Position numbers and translations under genes: made by a program. This document shows positions 14,101-27,764 of a DNA stretch of 64,000 nt, in pieces. Every line of letters starts with the position of its first letter. The stretch's first letter is position 1. Origin of the DNA: Vermamoeba vermiformis (lineage: Eukaryota); assembly GCA_045837725.1 (NCBI GenBank), contig JBEWZL010000205.1, forward strand, positions 1 to 64,000, written 5' to 3'. Under the pieces are notes generated by a model, which saw only the letters and a list, made by a program, of their open reading frames with translations, was not told the DNA's origin and ran no database searches.

Positions 14101-16280
14101 TGAATCGCAGAGCAAAAAAGCAGTAAGTAGACTGGAATATTACCATAAAAGGAAATCGACTCGAAAATAACTGCAATACTAACATTATTTCCTAGCCGCA
14201 AGTGCAGTACATCCGAGACAAGGAGCGAGATCTTATTTACGTGTTGTTCTATTGCGACAAATTCATTCATTTCTACATTATCTTGGAGTCATTTGAAACC
14301 GCGAGTTCAATCTCTGGTGTCATTGATTCTGAGAAAGTAGATGCCTTGAAACTACGCATTGAAGAATTGCTCAAAGAACAAACGCCTAAATCAACGGTAC
14401 GCAGAATACAATACTCTTCATTTTTAATATGCCGTTGATATTTCCTTATTTGGTTTGAACAATAGTAACATGTGATTCGTTATTTTTAGGCTACCGTGTG
14501 GAAGTTGTTAGACAACAAATTGTTGCTCATAGTTAACAACAATTACCTGGAAATTGATATTCGTAAGTACAATTATATTGGTTATTGATTATTAAAAGCG
14601 GATTAGCATGATCATTATTATTGAAACTAATTTTCGATGTTTCAGCGTCGTTCGAATTCACTGAACGCACCACGAGTGGAATTGCACCGTTCTTAGAGTT
14701 GCCAGTGACTACGCAAGTCAACGACTATTTGATCACATTTGGTGGTTGGGACGGCAAAGAAATGAACTCTGAACTGCACTTCTTTAATACCAGTACGTAC
14801 TCATTTATTGTAAACTATCCGCATCATTAATATTATTGATGTGGTATTATTTTCTTATATTTAAGTTAATTATCTGTGTTGTGTTCGTTATGACTAATTT
14901 TTTTGTTAATAGAAACCGCTACGTGGTCCATCCCTCAAATTAATCCGACTTTAATCGTACCCCGCGCACGAAATAATTATTGTGCGGGTGTATTTGAAGA
15001 TGGAAAAGTATTGACAAAGAACTACGAACTCGTTCAAAGGTACGCAGATCTAGATCTTGTGTAGACCAGAATAGAATAACGTACTTATTTTCCTTGAATA
15101 GCACCGCTCCTGCTGTAATATATTTTGGTGGATGGAATGGTCGAGGCGCTGTTGATGATTTGGAAATCTTATTTATTGGTAAGATCCGCGGCCTTATTTT
15201 GATTTAGCTTATTAACGATCGAATAGAGGCGAAGAACGAGTCAGATCCTCTTGAATATGCGCTTAACAATAAGGATCTATCTGATTTCATCATCAAGATT
15301 GCAGACAAAGTGATTTACGCCAACAAAATCATTTTGTACTGCAGATCCTCGTATTTCCGAGAATTATTCGAAAAAGACCTGAACCAAAGCGAAATTACTC
15401 TCGATGTGCCTTACGAGTTATTCTACCCATTGGTAAGCTTGGTTAATTTATTCAGCTTGTTCATAATTTTAAAAATCGGATTCCTTGTTCAGATCCGGTA
15501 CTGGCATACAAACCAACTCGATTTGGGATTATTACATGAAGACAAGTATCGTTTGTTTGTTAAGACAAGCGATAAATATAGTCCTGAACATAGCAGAAGA
15601 CTCGCCGAAGAAATCATTTCGTCCGTAGTTTCAGCACCCTCAACAATGGCTAGCGATATGGCTAGAGCATTAGGCGAGACTGAAACTGTGCAAAAGATGC
15701 GCAATATTGAATTTTTGGTCGAAGGTACCGTGGTTGCTGCTCACAAGGTAAGAGATCGATCCGTTACACAACAGTTAACTTTGTTCTTTCATTGTCTAAC
15801 AATAATGTTATTATGACAATAGGCGATTATTTGTGCCAGATCAGAGTTTTTCAGGCGAATGTTGCTCGGTAACTTAAAGGAATCAAAAATGAACCAGATC
15901 CCGATTGAAACTGAATTAGCTTCGTTCAAAATCATTCTAGGTACGACTTAATATTAAAATTATATGTATTATATGCTAATTCTATTGTTATAGAGTATTT
16001 ATGTAAGAATGAGGTTGATTTGGACGAAATTAGCGATCTGATCGTGGATGTGCTCGTCGCCGCATCGCAATTTGGCATCACGAAGCTGAAGAACGACTTA
16101 GAGTCAGTCATATGCTTCAATTTGAACGAAGAAAACGTTCTTTCTTTGTTCACATTAGCCGATCAGCATCACGCCGTCAAGTTGCGGGATACTTGTGTTC
16201 AGTATATTAAGCAACACGCAGCAGAACTTGAAAATCAGCCTGAATACGCTAAAATACTCGAAGAGATCAATAATAGTTAA
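11125..16280 (+). CDS. ankyrin-repeat / kelch / SPRY / tandem BTB-POZ protein, multi-exon
   Basis: Ankyrin (LLTAAAEGNVEKVKELF, GHTPLFSAARNNAVECMKILV), kelch (MYVFGG, LITFGGWDG, IYFGGWNG), SPRY (YFEITV, YGYHSDDG, GCGINF, FNFGAQPF) and BTB (IYANKIILYCRSSYF, AHKAIICARSEFF) motifs. Confidence 0.85.
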
Positions 16281-16406
16281 TTAATGTACAAAAAACAAGT
16301 TTCAATTTTCATGTTCTGGATCTGACCAAAGAATTAAAATTAAGGGCCTTGTACGCAAACTTTAATTAATTAATATTTACTACGATGCCCATATCAAGTC
16401 CATTGA

Positions 16407-18125
16407 TTAGGCAGTTGAATTCTTCATCAATCGCTCAAACAGATCTGCGTAGCAATCAGTGCAAGTCAACTGGCTCGTCATGTACCGAAGATGTTTTAAC
16501 GGCAATTTCTTCGAACAGCACTAAATATGGAAAGTCATGTGTTAGTCAGGCCTACTCGTTCATGAAAATGTGACACTCACGTGACCGCAAAAGATTTTTC
16601 CGCAGTTTCTGCAGTGGTGTCGTCGAAGTGTCACCGTGAATTCAGCTCCGCATCGCGTGCAGCTAAAATGCGTTAATTACTAAATCTGGCAATAAGGAAA
16701 ATTTTTGCAAAGCTTACTTTGGACAGTCCTTGTCAGGTACCCAAAGAGGTCGTACTGTTGGCAAGGGCGGGGGTTGATTGTTATTGTTGTTGCCGATGAT
16801 TGGCAATGTAAGAGGAGGATTATTGATAGTTTCTTCCACAAGGGTTTCAATTGGCTCTTCGTTTCTTCCAAACGCTAGATGCGACCATGGAACACCTTCC
16901 AATTCGGACAACGTCGAAGGGGAAATATGAACATCGCATATGGATAGTATTTGAAGGTTTTTCTGCTTAAATATGAACGCTGGAATAGTTTCTACGACGT
17001 TAAAATTCTCGAAGCTTAAATTGATTGACGTTAAGTTGGTCAATTTTGTTAATTCTCTGAACGCATTTCGTGAAAGAGGAAACTTCTTCTTGGTGTATTG
17101 CAAGTCGAGTACGCGCAGACTCGTCAAAGTGGATAGAGCGTTGAATTCAAGCTCGCCTTTGTTGTTACGCAGATCCGCTGGAAATTTCTCGCATTGCAGT
17201 CTAGTTAGCTTAGTACATTTCCAAATTTGGTTAAGAGCATAGCCATTGTAGTTTTCGAGATTAATTAAGTGCTGAGAGTCCAAGTTGAGCGGTTTTGGAA
17301 CGGATTTCCAATGCTTTGGAATAGGCTCCGCTGTTATCGATCGAAACTTCGGTAAAAGACTAACGGCTGCATTTAAAAGAGATTATTAGTTACTATTTAT
17401 TCAGCAGATTCGGATCTAAACTATTAATAGCCAAAATTGCTTAGGACAAGCCTCAATGTCGTAATAATATTGCTTAATATTAAGTTTAAAACTTCTTTGC
17501 ATGAATATTAAGATGTAACCAATATTTGGTCACGTTCAACTTACGCGGCAGGCCAGATGGGCTCACAATCAAATGAATTAAAGTCTTTGGCGGCAAAAGC
17601 TTTTCTAACTGTTGCCATTCATGTCTTTTGTTTAGCGGTGCTCTATTTAACGCTCTATCGCTGATAATATGAAGATCCGACAAACGTGTCAATTTTGACA
17701 GCTGCATCCGCCGATCGAGCAGGGATTTTGTGATTGATCCTGTAGACATTATATGACCAGAGTTAATAGGCTGCAATATTAACTCTGTTATAATGTTCTC
17801 GTTGAAGATGATAGGGATTCCTTCGAGTGAGCCATACGGTATAAATACGCGTTGCAATATTTTATCAAAATAAAATCTTCTATACTCCTTCGACGTAGAG
17901 GTGAGTCTAAAAAATAAATATTATTTAAAACGCACGACACAACGGCGATATCAGTTTGATCCGATCAGATGGTTATTGAAAAATCATTAATAACGTTGCT
18001 TACATTAACGTTTCATTCCAGTTTAATTTGTTAATTATTTCTTTGACCAGTTCAGTTGGTAATGCCGTGATCAGATCTTCGCCTGGCTTCGCGATCGCAG
18101 GCACGGCAAAAGCAGAAGCACTCAT
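16407..18125 (-). CDS. F-box + LRR + C-terminal FYVE zinc finger protein
   Basis: N-terminal [15 protein letters not shown] (F-box), LRRs, then spliced [41 protein letters not shown]...TCTDCY. Confidence 0.85.
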
Positions 18126-18278
18126 CTATACGTGATTATCTAATTATAACTTATAATAACAGTGCTATCCTTTTTGCGCACAAAATCCAAAGAGCTTTTC
18201 CGTTGTGCACAAGTGACAGGACCGCCTCGTCTGATCTTGCGCAATTCTTTCGAACTGATTTATTGGACTGATTAGCTG

Positions 18279-19771
18279 TTAGAACAACGCATAGAGAGCA
18301 ACAACTACAGCAGCACCAATGAACGAAGTCGCGGGTGCAGCGCTAGTTTTCTTGGAGGGCGTGTTGGAGCCAGGACTGCTTGAGCCAGCAGGGCACGTGA
18401 GAGTACCGTTGCAAGTGTAGGGCGTGGCGAGCTGTCTCTCGAAGCTCAACGAGACAGTGATCACGTTGCCCTGGCGCGAGGAGTCTGTGACATTAACAGT
18501 GACATTGGGTGCGGTGCTGCAGTCGTTGAGAGTGTAGGGCAGAGCAGGAAGAGCACTGAGATCAACGTTACAACTGTCGATATTGATGTTGGTGCACGTG
18601 GCCACGAAGGGCTTAGCAATGCACGAAGGAGTAGTGTAGAACCGACATTCAGGTACCGTGCTGGGTTGGCACGTAACAAAGGCAAAGTAGTTATTCACGA
18701 CCAAGGAAGTAGAAGCAAAGAGTCCATTGTCTTGAGTCGTGAAGTTGACCGTTCTTGTCCACGTGTTGTCTGGTTGTCGTTGCATCAACAGACCAGATCC
18801 ATATTTGGTACCTCCTCGCTTCTGCGAGTAGCCATCGTATGCAGCACCAACGAGGAAATTATCCTTATCGACAATAACACCGCTATCATAGCCAATGTAC
18901 GACATGGCAGAAAGCCCCAGATCCGCGTTAGTGAGCACTTGGTGCTTCCATTCTCCGTTCACTTTGGTGAAGGTCTCGAGAATACCTAAACCACCGGCAT
19001 AAGGAGTAACTGCGTGGCAGATGAAGACAGTGTCGACGCCATTGTGAAAGATGTACGTGGGGGCATTAGGCACGGTCAGGTTCGTCTCAAGGGACTCCGA
19101 GAAGCTCCAGTCCCCAGTGGTGCGAGTGTAGATCATGATGGTACCCGTCTCATTGACGGTGACCATGTAGTTATCGGTAGCATATATACCACCAGTGTTA
19201 TATGCAGGATAAGGAATGACGTTGCTACTGGCAGTCCAGACACCGGATTGAAGAGTGTAGGTGACGATCTGACTTGCAACTTGCGCAACAATAGTATCAT
19301 CGGAGAGCATCTTCAAGTAGTAAGTGGACCCCATTGTGTCGAAACTGGTGTTGACAATGTTGTTGGAAGCGTCCAGTTTCCAAAGGATCGTTCCGTTTCC
19401 TCTGAGCACTCCCCACCAGTTGCCGTTGGTAAAGACTTGGGACGTTCTAACATTGACCGACTCTCTTACCACTTCAGTGAAGCGGCCATTAGCGTCGACT
19501 TGCGCGATGACCGCAATGGTAGAGGAAGTGTTCGTCTGATCTTGCAACGAGAAGTAAATGACCTTATCACCGGATGCAGCGTAGGGGTCTCCGAAGATAT
19601 AGTTCCCGTAGAAAATAACGCCGTCTGCTTGTGTTGAAACATCGATGTGCTATTGCCGAAAATATTTTAAATCCAAATCCAACCGTTGAAATTGTTACTC
19701 ACCACAAGGGATGCAGCCGCCAAGGCGATAAATAAAAGAACAATGCAAATCACACTAATTTTGCGAGCCAT
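18279..19771 (-). CDS. secreted, probably GPI-anchored beta-rich surface protein
   Basis: Signal peptide MARKISVICIVLLFIALAAASLV, one intron, long Thr/Ser-rich ORF, Cys-rich segment, S/T/P stalk and hydrophobic C-terminus. Confidence 0.8.
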
Positions 19772-20236
19772 TCACAACCTTTGTTGTTGCACTGTTGAAC
19801 AAAGAATAAATAAAAAGCGCAAAAAAAAGATCATGCCAATAAGTGCCGGCGGAATCTCCCCTGACATTTCGCCAAAGACGCGGAAGCAAGCAAGCCAAAT
19901 TACGTTCTAACTTTCTCCGCGAGAAGGAGGACGCAAGCGTCGAACAGAGGCCTATCATTCTTACCTTTCCTGACCACTAACTGAATGCATTGGTAACTTC
20001 GAATTTTTGATGCATGTGATGTCTTTATAAGTACTTATAAGTGTATCGACATGAAGTATAGTCAGTTGATTCACCAGGCGAGTTGAAGTGCTTTTTTTTT
20101 TGGTTTTGAAACCGTTTTCAAACCCAAAATTTATGTTCTGCTCTTTTTTTGTCCTAAGTTGGTGCTCTATATCACACTTTGTTGTATAATAGCTTGTATA
20201 TACTTATTTGTTCAAGAGGACTAGATCGGATACGCG

Positions 20237-23222
20237 ATGGCAACCGCAACAGGAAAGAGATTTACGCCAGACCCAGAAAAGCAAATAGATGACGTATTAA
20301 ATGCATTTAATAAGGATATTAATGCACACCCTGAGAAATTTGTGCAAGAGGATCAAGATCTAGAAAAGAAGCTGACTAATATTACCAAAACGTTATTTGA
20401 CCTCGGTAAGTTATCCCAAATCTTCCTATGATGGTATATCATATGAATTAATTATTGGAAAGTAAATAGCAATTTTTTCTCATTTTTAACGACTAAATCC
20501 AAATCCGATCGCGATCTAAATCTGACATTTTGGCTCAGAATAAAGTCGCAATTGAATCTATTTTTTTGCAGCCTATATTAACATATTTTTTCTGCTTAGC
20601 TAAACAAAATGAACTTCCCAAGATGAAGAATCTGACAGGCCCGCTGAAAGCGCTGATCGTAGACGGTTTTGATTGCGAACAAATTTGGGAAGAACTTAAT
20701 ATGCAAAATGAACCATTATTGGACTTTATTGAGGCCAACCTCGATGCTTTGAGGGAAAATGACGACGATCTGGAATTGGATCTCGGTAACCTTCTTCCTG
20801 AGGTAAGTATTAGCTCGTTAAAAATACTATAAAATCAATATACATAATAATACTATCGCTTTAAATTTATTTGGAAATATTTAATAATTTTTTCAGATGG
20901 ATTCGGAGGATGAAGCTATGATGGATGCAGAAATGGACGGTATTGATGACAGTGAGAATATGGACGATGAAGATATGGATGGTGAATTCGATGATGACGA
21001 CGGAGAAGATGAAGATGACGATCTGCCAGACCTCGAACCTGTTGGATCGACGGGCAAAAATAACAAGAAGGACACTAAGGCCAGCAATAACAAGAGTGCA
21101 CAAAAGAAGGGCTCGGCAGTCGATGACGAGTTCTTTAAATTAGATGAGCTCGAGAAGTTTTTGGACGATGCCGATGTAAGTGCACATCCAAGGATCACGC
21201 GTGTTTGGATTAGGATTCTAACTATTAAATATAGGAACAAGGAGACAATTTCTTTGATGACGATGATGAAGATGAAGACAAGGATGAAGATGATGAAGAC
21301 GACGATGAAATGGCACGAGATCTGATGTACGGCGAGCGCGACGGATTCGGCGACTTCCAAGGAGGTAAGCGAGCATTAGTTATCACACTATTAGAAAATT
21401 CATATCAATACATACGTACCGCGGCTGCTTAATAAGGGTTGCTAACAATAAGAATAAATGAACTGACTTGTATTTTTATAGAAATGGACGACGAAGACAA
21501 AAAGCTCGAAGCTTTCTTTAAAAAGACCAAAAAGATGATTAAAAATGACGACGAGGACGAGGATGAAGACGAGGACGAGGACGAGGACGACGGAGAAGTG
21601 GATCCGGCTAAGATGAAGTACTCTGACTTCTTTGCTCCTCCCAAGTAAGTTCAGCTTCTTCTTACTCATTTAAGCGACATAAATATAATTAATCAATTTA
21701 ATCCTGGAAATAACTGGGCAAAAGCTGATAAAATTGATAAATTCGCGTACTGAGCTTTGGATTCGTTACAGGACTGGTGATGACGATGAAGATATGGAAG
21801 AAGAAGATATTGATGACGACGATGAGTTTGCATTCTTGTCTAATTATGAGAAAGAGCGTCAAAATATGAACAAGCAGATCAAGCAACTGGAGCAAGAAGT
21901 GATGGACGAAGAATCGGATGACGATGGCAACTTGAGTAAGCATTGCTATTTCGCGTCTAATATATTTACATTAACTCGTTTGTAGCCGAAGAACAACGTA
22001 AATCTCGCCACGAGATCCGACAAAAGCGACTCGAAGAAAAGATCCGAAAATTAGAAGAAGAGAACCTCGAAGGCCGAGGATGGCAATTGCTCGGTGAAAT
22101 TCAAGCCAACAAACGTCCAGTCAACAGTTTGTTAGAAGAGCCAATCGAGTTCCAACACGCGACTAAAGTTGCTCCTACAATCACCCAAGAAGTTACTACT
22201 AAAATCGAAGACCTTATTAGACAACGTATTATTGATGGTGCCTTTGACGACGTTATTAAGAGAGTCGAAAAGCCAAAGAGGTAAGCGGAAAAACAAATGA
22301 TGTAGATCGCGTCGGATGTGCTAAACTTTTGACCCTAGGGGCGATCACCGCGATACTTCTGTCGATCTTGATGCTACCAAGAGCAAGAAGGTGCGTAGTA
22401 GATATAATTATACGCATTTAGAGTCTTATCTAAGCATTACTACCAATTACAGAGTCTCAGCGAGTTGTACGAAGAAGATTACTTGAAACAGACTGCTGGC
22501 GTGGTAGAAGAGACTGAAATGACTAAAGAACACCAAGAAGTTGCGAAATTGTTCAGAAAAATATGTTTCAAGCTGGATGCGCTGGCGCACGCTCAATTCG
22601 CTCCTACAAAAGTTCGCGATGATATCGAGATCAAGAAAGTTAAGGATGTTGCTGCCATTCAAATGGAAGAAATCTTGCCTATGGCTGTTAGCGATGCTCA
22701 AAGATTGGCACCAGAGGTACGTTACTTTTTTTTGTTGCCAAACGAATCCGATCTAACCGGATCTGCCATTTTAGGAAATTTACGAAAAGGACAAGCTTAC
22801 GCTCAAGTCAGAGGCAGAGTTGGACTCAGAAGATAAGAAACGACTCCGCAGACGACGAAAGCATCACCACAAAGTGCGCGAGGAGACCAAAGAGAACGAG
22901 ATCAAGCGCAAAGAAAAATTGTCAGGCACTGCCAAAACTCAAGCCAGCGTAAAGGAAACGATGAAAACAATCAAGGAGGGCAAGGTACGGTTATTTATTA
23001 TATTACTTTGCATGATTTAACATTATTATTTAGAATATCGTTGCTGCTTCGCAAACGGATCGCACCAACTACTCGCAATCCGCACAAATGTTTTCAAAGC
23101 TTCAAAAAGAGGCCAGTCAAGACATGCAAGCCTTGAAGAAGCAAAAGATGGAGATGTACAACGCTGACATCGAGAAAAAGAAGAAAGCTGCGTCACAATC
23201 CAAGGCACTCAAGTTAATGTAA
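20237..23222 (+). CDS. MPP10: U3 snoRNP protein MPP10
   Basis: Motifs GFDCEQIWEEL, WQLLGEIQANKRPVNSLLEE, FDDVIKR, LDALAHAQFAP, MEEILPMAVSDAQRLAPEE, plus acidic tracts. Confidence 0.93.
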
Positions 23223-23324
23223 AAAAAATAATACTCTGCGAACAATTTTGGGCTAATAAAAGCTTAATTTATTTACAAAATCGTTAATAAATATTATCTA
23301 AAAAAAGAGCAACGTTGCTAGACC

Positions 23325-24438
23325 TCAGATCTTGTTCTGGTTCAAGAACTCGCGGATGTGCTTCGCCAACTCTTGAGGCTGATCTTCTTGAACGAGCGTG
23401 TATGAGTCCTTAATATAAACCAATTTGCTATTGGGGAACAGCTTGTGGAGTTGTTCCGCATCAGCTGGCGGGAACAACTTTTCTTCTGAAGCCCAAGCAA
23501 GGAGCACTGGTTTAGTAAATGAAGGGAAAGTCTTTGCTGCTTCAAGGGTGTACCTTCATAGCATAATGTGAGCATTAAATCAAGAGAAGAAAATGCTACA
23601 GTGTTGCACGTACTTGTTATGAAGATTTTTGCAGAGGCTGACAACGTCACGCTGCACGCCGACGTTAGTTAAGAATGGCTTTGTGTAGGCTTCGACGACT
23701 TTCTCATCAATCGGCTTTTTCGCGAGCCAGCCCAGATAGGCGGGTGATTTGCGCAGAGTTGGACTGCTGAAGATCTGCTTGATGGTCCAAGTGAAGCCTG
23801 GAAGTCGAGCAGCGATTCTGAAGGTCCAAAATATACCCGGTGGAAAGTTTTTGAGGGCGTCACAAGAGACCAGCACCACTCGCGAAGGGATCTCGGGCTT
23901 TTTCGAGATCAGGATCTGAGTCAGTGCTCCCGCAGTGTCATTAGCGATGAGAGTTGGTTTTTGTTTAAGGTTCAGGCTGTTGACAAATGATCCAAGCGTC
24001 AGCGCAATAGTTTCCGGGGTCAGATCCACCTTTCCGTGTGTTGGCTAAAAATAGAAATGAGCCAACTTTTTATTGAATTACCCTTAGTACGTACAATACT
24101 ATGAGAGCCAATTGGTAATTCTACTGCGATGCACTTGTACTTGTCAGAGAAAGAAGGAATAACATTTCGCCATGTGTCTGGATCCGTCGAATTAGTCATA
24201 GATCCGTATTACTGGTACTATTATTCATTATTATAGACCTTACCTGCGTTAACAAATGCACCATTGACGAAGACCAATGGCTCGCCGTCAGCGGGACCTA
24301 CTTCGCGATAGTTGATCGGACCCTGAATTGTAATGATGAGTACTGATCTCTAGTATTTTTTTTTAATATTTTCAATAAATAACGTACGAGTTCAGATTGA
24401 AATACTTTGGAAGCGCCTAAAGCTGGATGAGTAGACAT
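23325..24438 (-). CDS. alpha/beta-fold hydrolase (Asp nucleophile, ANDTAG)
   Basis: Exons encode GPINYREVGPADGEPLVFVNGAF, IANDTAGALTQ, VLVSCDALKNFPP, LLAWASEEKLF and SYTLVQEDQPQELA. Confidence 0.85.
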
Positions 24439-24623
24439 GCTGCTGAGAATGGGTTTGGCAATGTTCTTTATCATCAATCCACTATGTGGTTGCGGTAATA
24501 TTCGCTATAAGTTGCTGTTAGAGGACGAAATATTTTTAAACATGGTCGGTCAAATAGATCCTCCGAAATTTCGGTCTAATAGCCTATTTGGTGTTATGGT
24601 GTTTTTCAAAAATTCGTTTCAAT

Positions 24624-27605
24624 TTACTTCTGCACGTTATTATTATTATTGACATGCATTGTTTCCAAGAATTTTAACGCGTTATTTTCTTCTTTTTGTT
24701 TTCTTTTCGCATCCCACTTGAGGGTAGTAGCCATCAAGTCAATCTACAACGATCAAAAATTAATGGATGAAACTTCATTTATTATAGTTAGAGCTATTAA
24801 GCATATGACTTACCACTCGCGGCAGTGCTTTTCTCGCCGCATTGGTGTCCAAAAAGGCTAATCGTGTTCGTCGGGCTAACACATCCACAGCAGTGGCAGC
24901 GTATTCTAAGCATTAGATGTTAATATCAAATACTCTTATAGTTAATTTTAAGCTAACTTACCGTTAGTAGCGCAATACACGACTTCCGCTTCCAAAAAAG
25001 GAAAATCCGGCGCCAATCGTTGACCGTAACCTTGTTGCGCTAATTCACCGACTAAAGCAGCTCTGAAATAACAAGATTATTAGCATTATTATAGTAATAC
25101 ATCAATAGTGTATATTGTCATCGTACCTAGATCCGTACGAGTGCGCCAAATGTTCCGCAATGTCGTCATCGATGGGATGATGTTTCTTCTCCGCCTTATT
25201 GTAGCGATGATATTTGCGCTTCAATTCTTCTTGCACTTCAGCGCTATTGTAGCCTAGTGCGCCAATAAGTGGCACTTCATCAGTGAAACACTTGATCTGG
25301 ATGCACTCGTTAGATCTGGATCCGCTTGGCTCATCCAAAACAAAATTTCAAATAGCATAGCATTACTATATAGTAATATGCCCATAAAATCAATAATAGG
25401 TTGTTTTTCTTGCTTACTTTAGGTTTCTGCTTCATTTCTTCGCGATCTTCAATGCGATCCGTAATGTCCTGCGCCATTTTTCTGTAGGTCGTCCACTTGC
25501 CGCCGGTAATCGTCAACAAGCCGTTGTCACTGACCTCGACCACGTGATCACGTGATATCGCTTTGGTGTCTTGATTCTCTTTCACTTTCAACGGCTTGGC
25601 GAGGGGTCTGATGCCGCTCCACACCGACAGCACGTCATTGGGTGTGACAGGCTCGGCGAGAATTCGATTCAATTCTTCGAGAATAAAATCGACTTCTTGT
25701 TGTTGCGGCACTGGGTGGTCGAGTAATTCCGCTTCAGAGTCAGTTGTTCCGGCGAGCACGCGGTTCTCCCAGGGCAACAAGAACAATACTCTGCCGTCCT
25801 TAGTCTTCGGAATTAATACGCCCGCGTCTTTGGCTGCAAATTTCTGCGGGATCATGATGTGCGTGCCATTGCTCGGCTTGATCATTTTGTGCGCACTCGG
25901 GTCATTCATCAAACGAATGTGGTCTGCAAAGAAATGTATATATAAGATAATGCTATCATATTTGAATGAGTCTCAAATTTAAATAAATTTTTGAATTTTC
26001 AAAAACGGATCGGATCCCATCAAAATTTGTTTTAAATACTCTGATCGTAAGGAGTGCGATTCTATAGGTAATACGTACCAACATAAGGACCAGTAGCATT
26101 GACAATAATCTTTGCGTGAATGTCCCACACTTCACCGGTCAAATTATCCTTCACTTTCGCGCCGATCAATTTGTTGGGCTCAGTTTTATCCTATCAACTC
26201 CATATTAGGATAAATAGTATAAAAGTTATAAGGAATGAATAACAATTGCTCGTAAAAGTATCGTCAAGGAAACGAGATTCGGATCTTTTTGTTGGTTGGA
26301 TGCGAATCCACATACCTTTAGTAGTTCGACGACTTCAACATAATTAGCCAAGGAAGCGCCCTTTACAGCAGCGGTGGTGGCCAATGAGACATTCATTCTG
26401 CTGTCGTTCATTTGTCCGTCGTAATACAAAATGGTGCCTTTCAAATTCTCGCTCGCTAACTGCGGGAACTTTTCAAGCGACTTGGCCTTTGAGATTATAG
26501 CAGTACTACAGTATTAAATATTATATTAATATCCTTACTGATATTTTGCTATATAACAACGTACTTTCCGAGTTTTCCTTTGCCTGAAAGCAGATCGTAC
26601 ATTGCAAGACCAGTGTACATGTAGGGAATTTCGTACCATCTATTATAATATAGTACGTTAATACGAGTATTATATATGTCCATAATTATAGAGCGTACTT
26701 GTAGCATGGAGTTAATAGAGGAAGTTTTCGAGTCAGATGTGGAGCAATGTTCAAGAATGTAGTTCGTTCGTGCAGCGCTTCAAATACTAAATGCACTTGA
26801 CTATAGTCCAAGTTTTTAATAGCTGCTTCGAGGTAACCTATTCACAAACATCATGTAAACGACAAACTCAAACGAAACTGGATCTCGTGTTTAAAGTAAT
26901 CGATAAGGATTATACTATCATAAATAGTAGTAAGATAATATATTGATGAATTGGTATAGACTTACGAACACCTCCGTGAATGAGTTTAGTGGATCTACTC
27001 GAAGTACCAGATGCGAAATCTTCGCGCTCTATCAGTTGAAATAATATTTGTTAAAGATTGAAAATAATAATATTAATTTATTTACTGACCTACGAGTGCG
27101 ACATTAATGCCTCTAGTAGCGCAGTCCTAAAAATAATCGGATTTAGGTACCGCGTCACGCGATTAATAATCAAAATAATAAGGAGGATGTATAAATACTA
27201 TTATTTTCAAATTGAATTCGATCATAGACGAATAACGACTAGAAAATAATTGGCGGGCAGATCCAAAATAAAAAATTCATGAATAAATAGAATTAATCTG
27301 AAAAATACCGAATGCAATTCATTATGATAAATATTTTACTAATTAATTATACTCACCAATGCTATGCCTGTACCAGTCGCACCACCGCCAATTACCAAAA
27401 CGTCAAATAAAGTCTTGGATTTGAGCTTAGCAAGGTGTTCTTCACGCGATGGTATTGTAATTTGAGTATCTTTAATTCTTAATTGTCGATTTTTCTCCGG
27501 ATCCTCTTTATTTCCCGTCGCTGTCAAAAATACAGCTCCGCCGAGTGCCGCACTTACTGCAACGGATCCGGTTAATTTTTTCCAGTGCCTTGCTAAGCGA
27601 AACAT
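24624..27605 (-). CDS. GPD2: mitochondrial FAD-dependent glycerol-3-phosphate dehydrogenase
   Basis: Motifs DVLVIGGGATGTG, DFASGTSSRSTKLIHGG, YYDGQMNDSRMN, GTTD, WSGIRPL, GGKWTTYRKMA; transit-peptide-like N-terminus. Confidence 0.95.
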
Positions 27606-27764
27606 TGCACTTTGTATGCAAAATATATAAATATGCAATTACTGCCGCAAAACGAAAGTTTTCCGCTTTTTTATCAATTTTAGTTTTGGATCCTGAGCTC
27701 ACCAAAATCGATTGACAGCAATTAGCACCGATTTATATTAACATCCCTATCAACAGTTTATATA

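Noticed and set aside
18666-19637. Plus-strand ORFs opposite the secreted protein (likewise shadows over CARMIL and MPP10)
   Set aside because: These are antisense shadows; the opposite strand has the signal peptide, splice sites or conserved motifs.
19980-20102. Possible small Pol III or snoRNA gene ending in a T-run upstream of MPP10
   Set aside because: No recognisable RNA family motifs or convincing stem.
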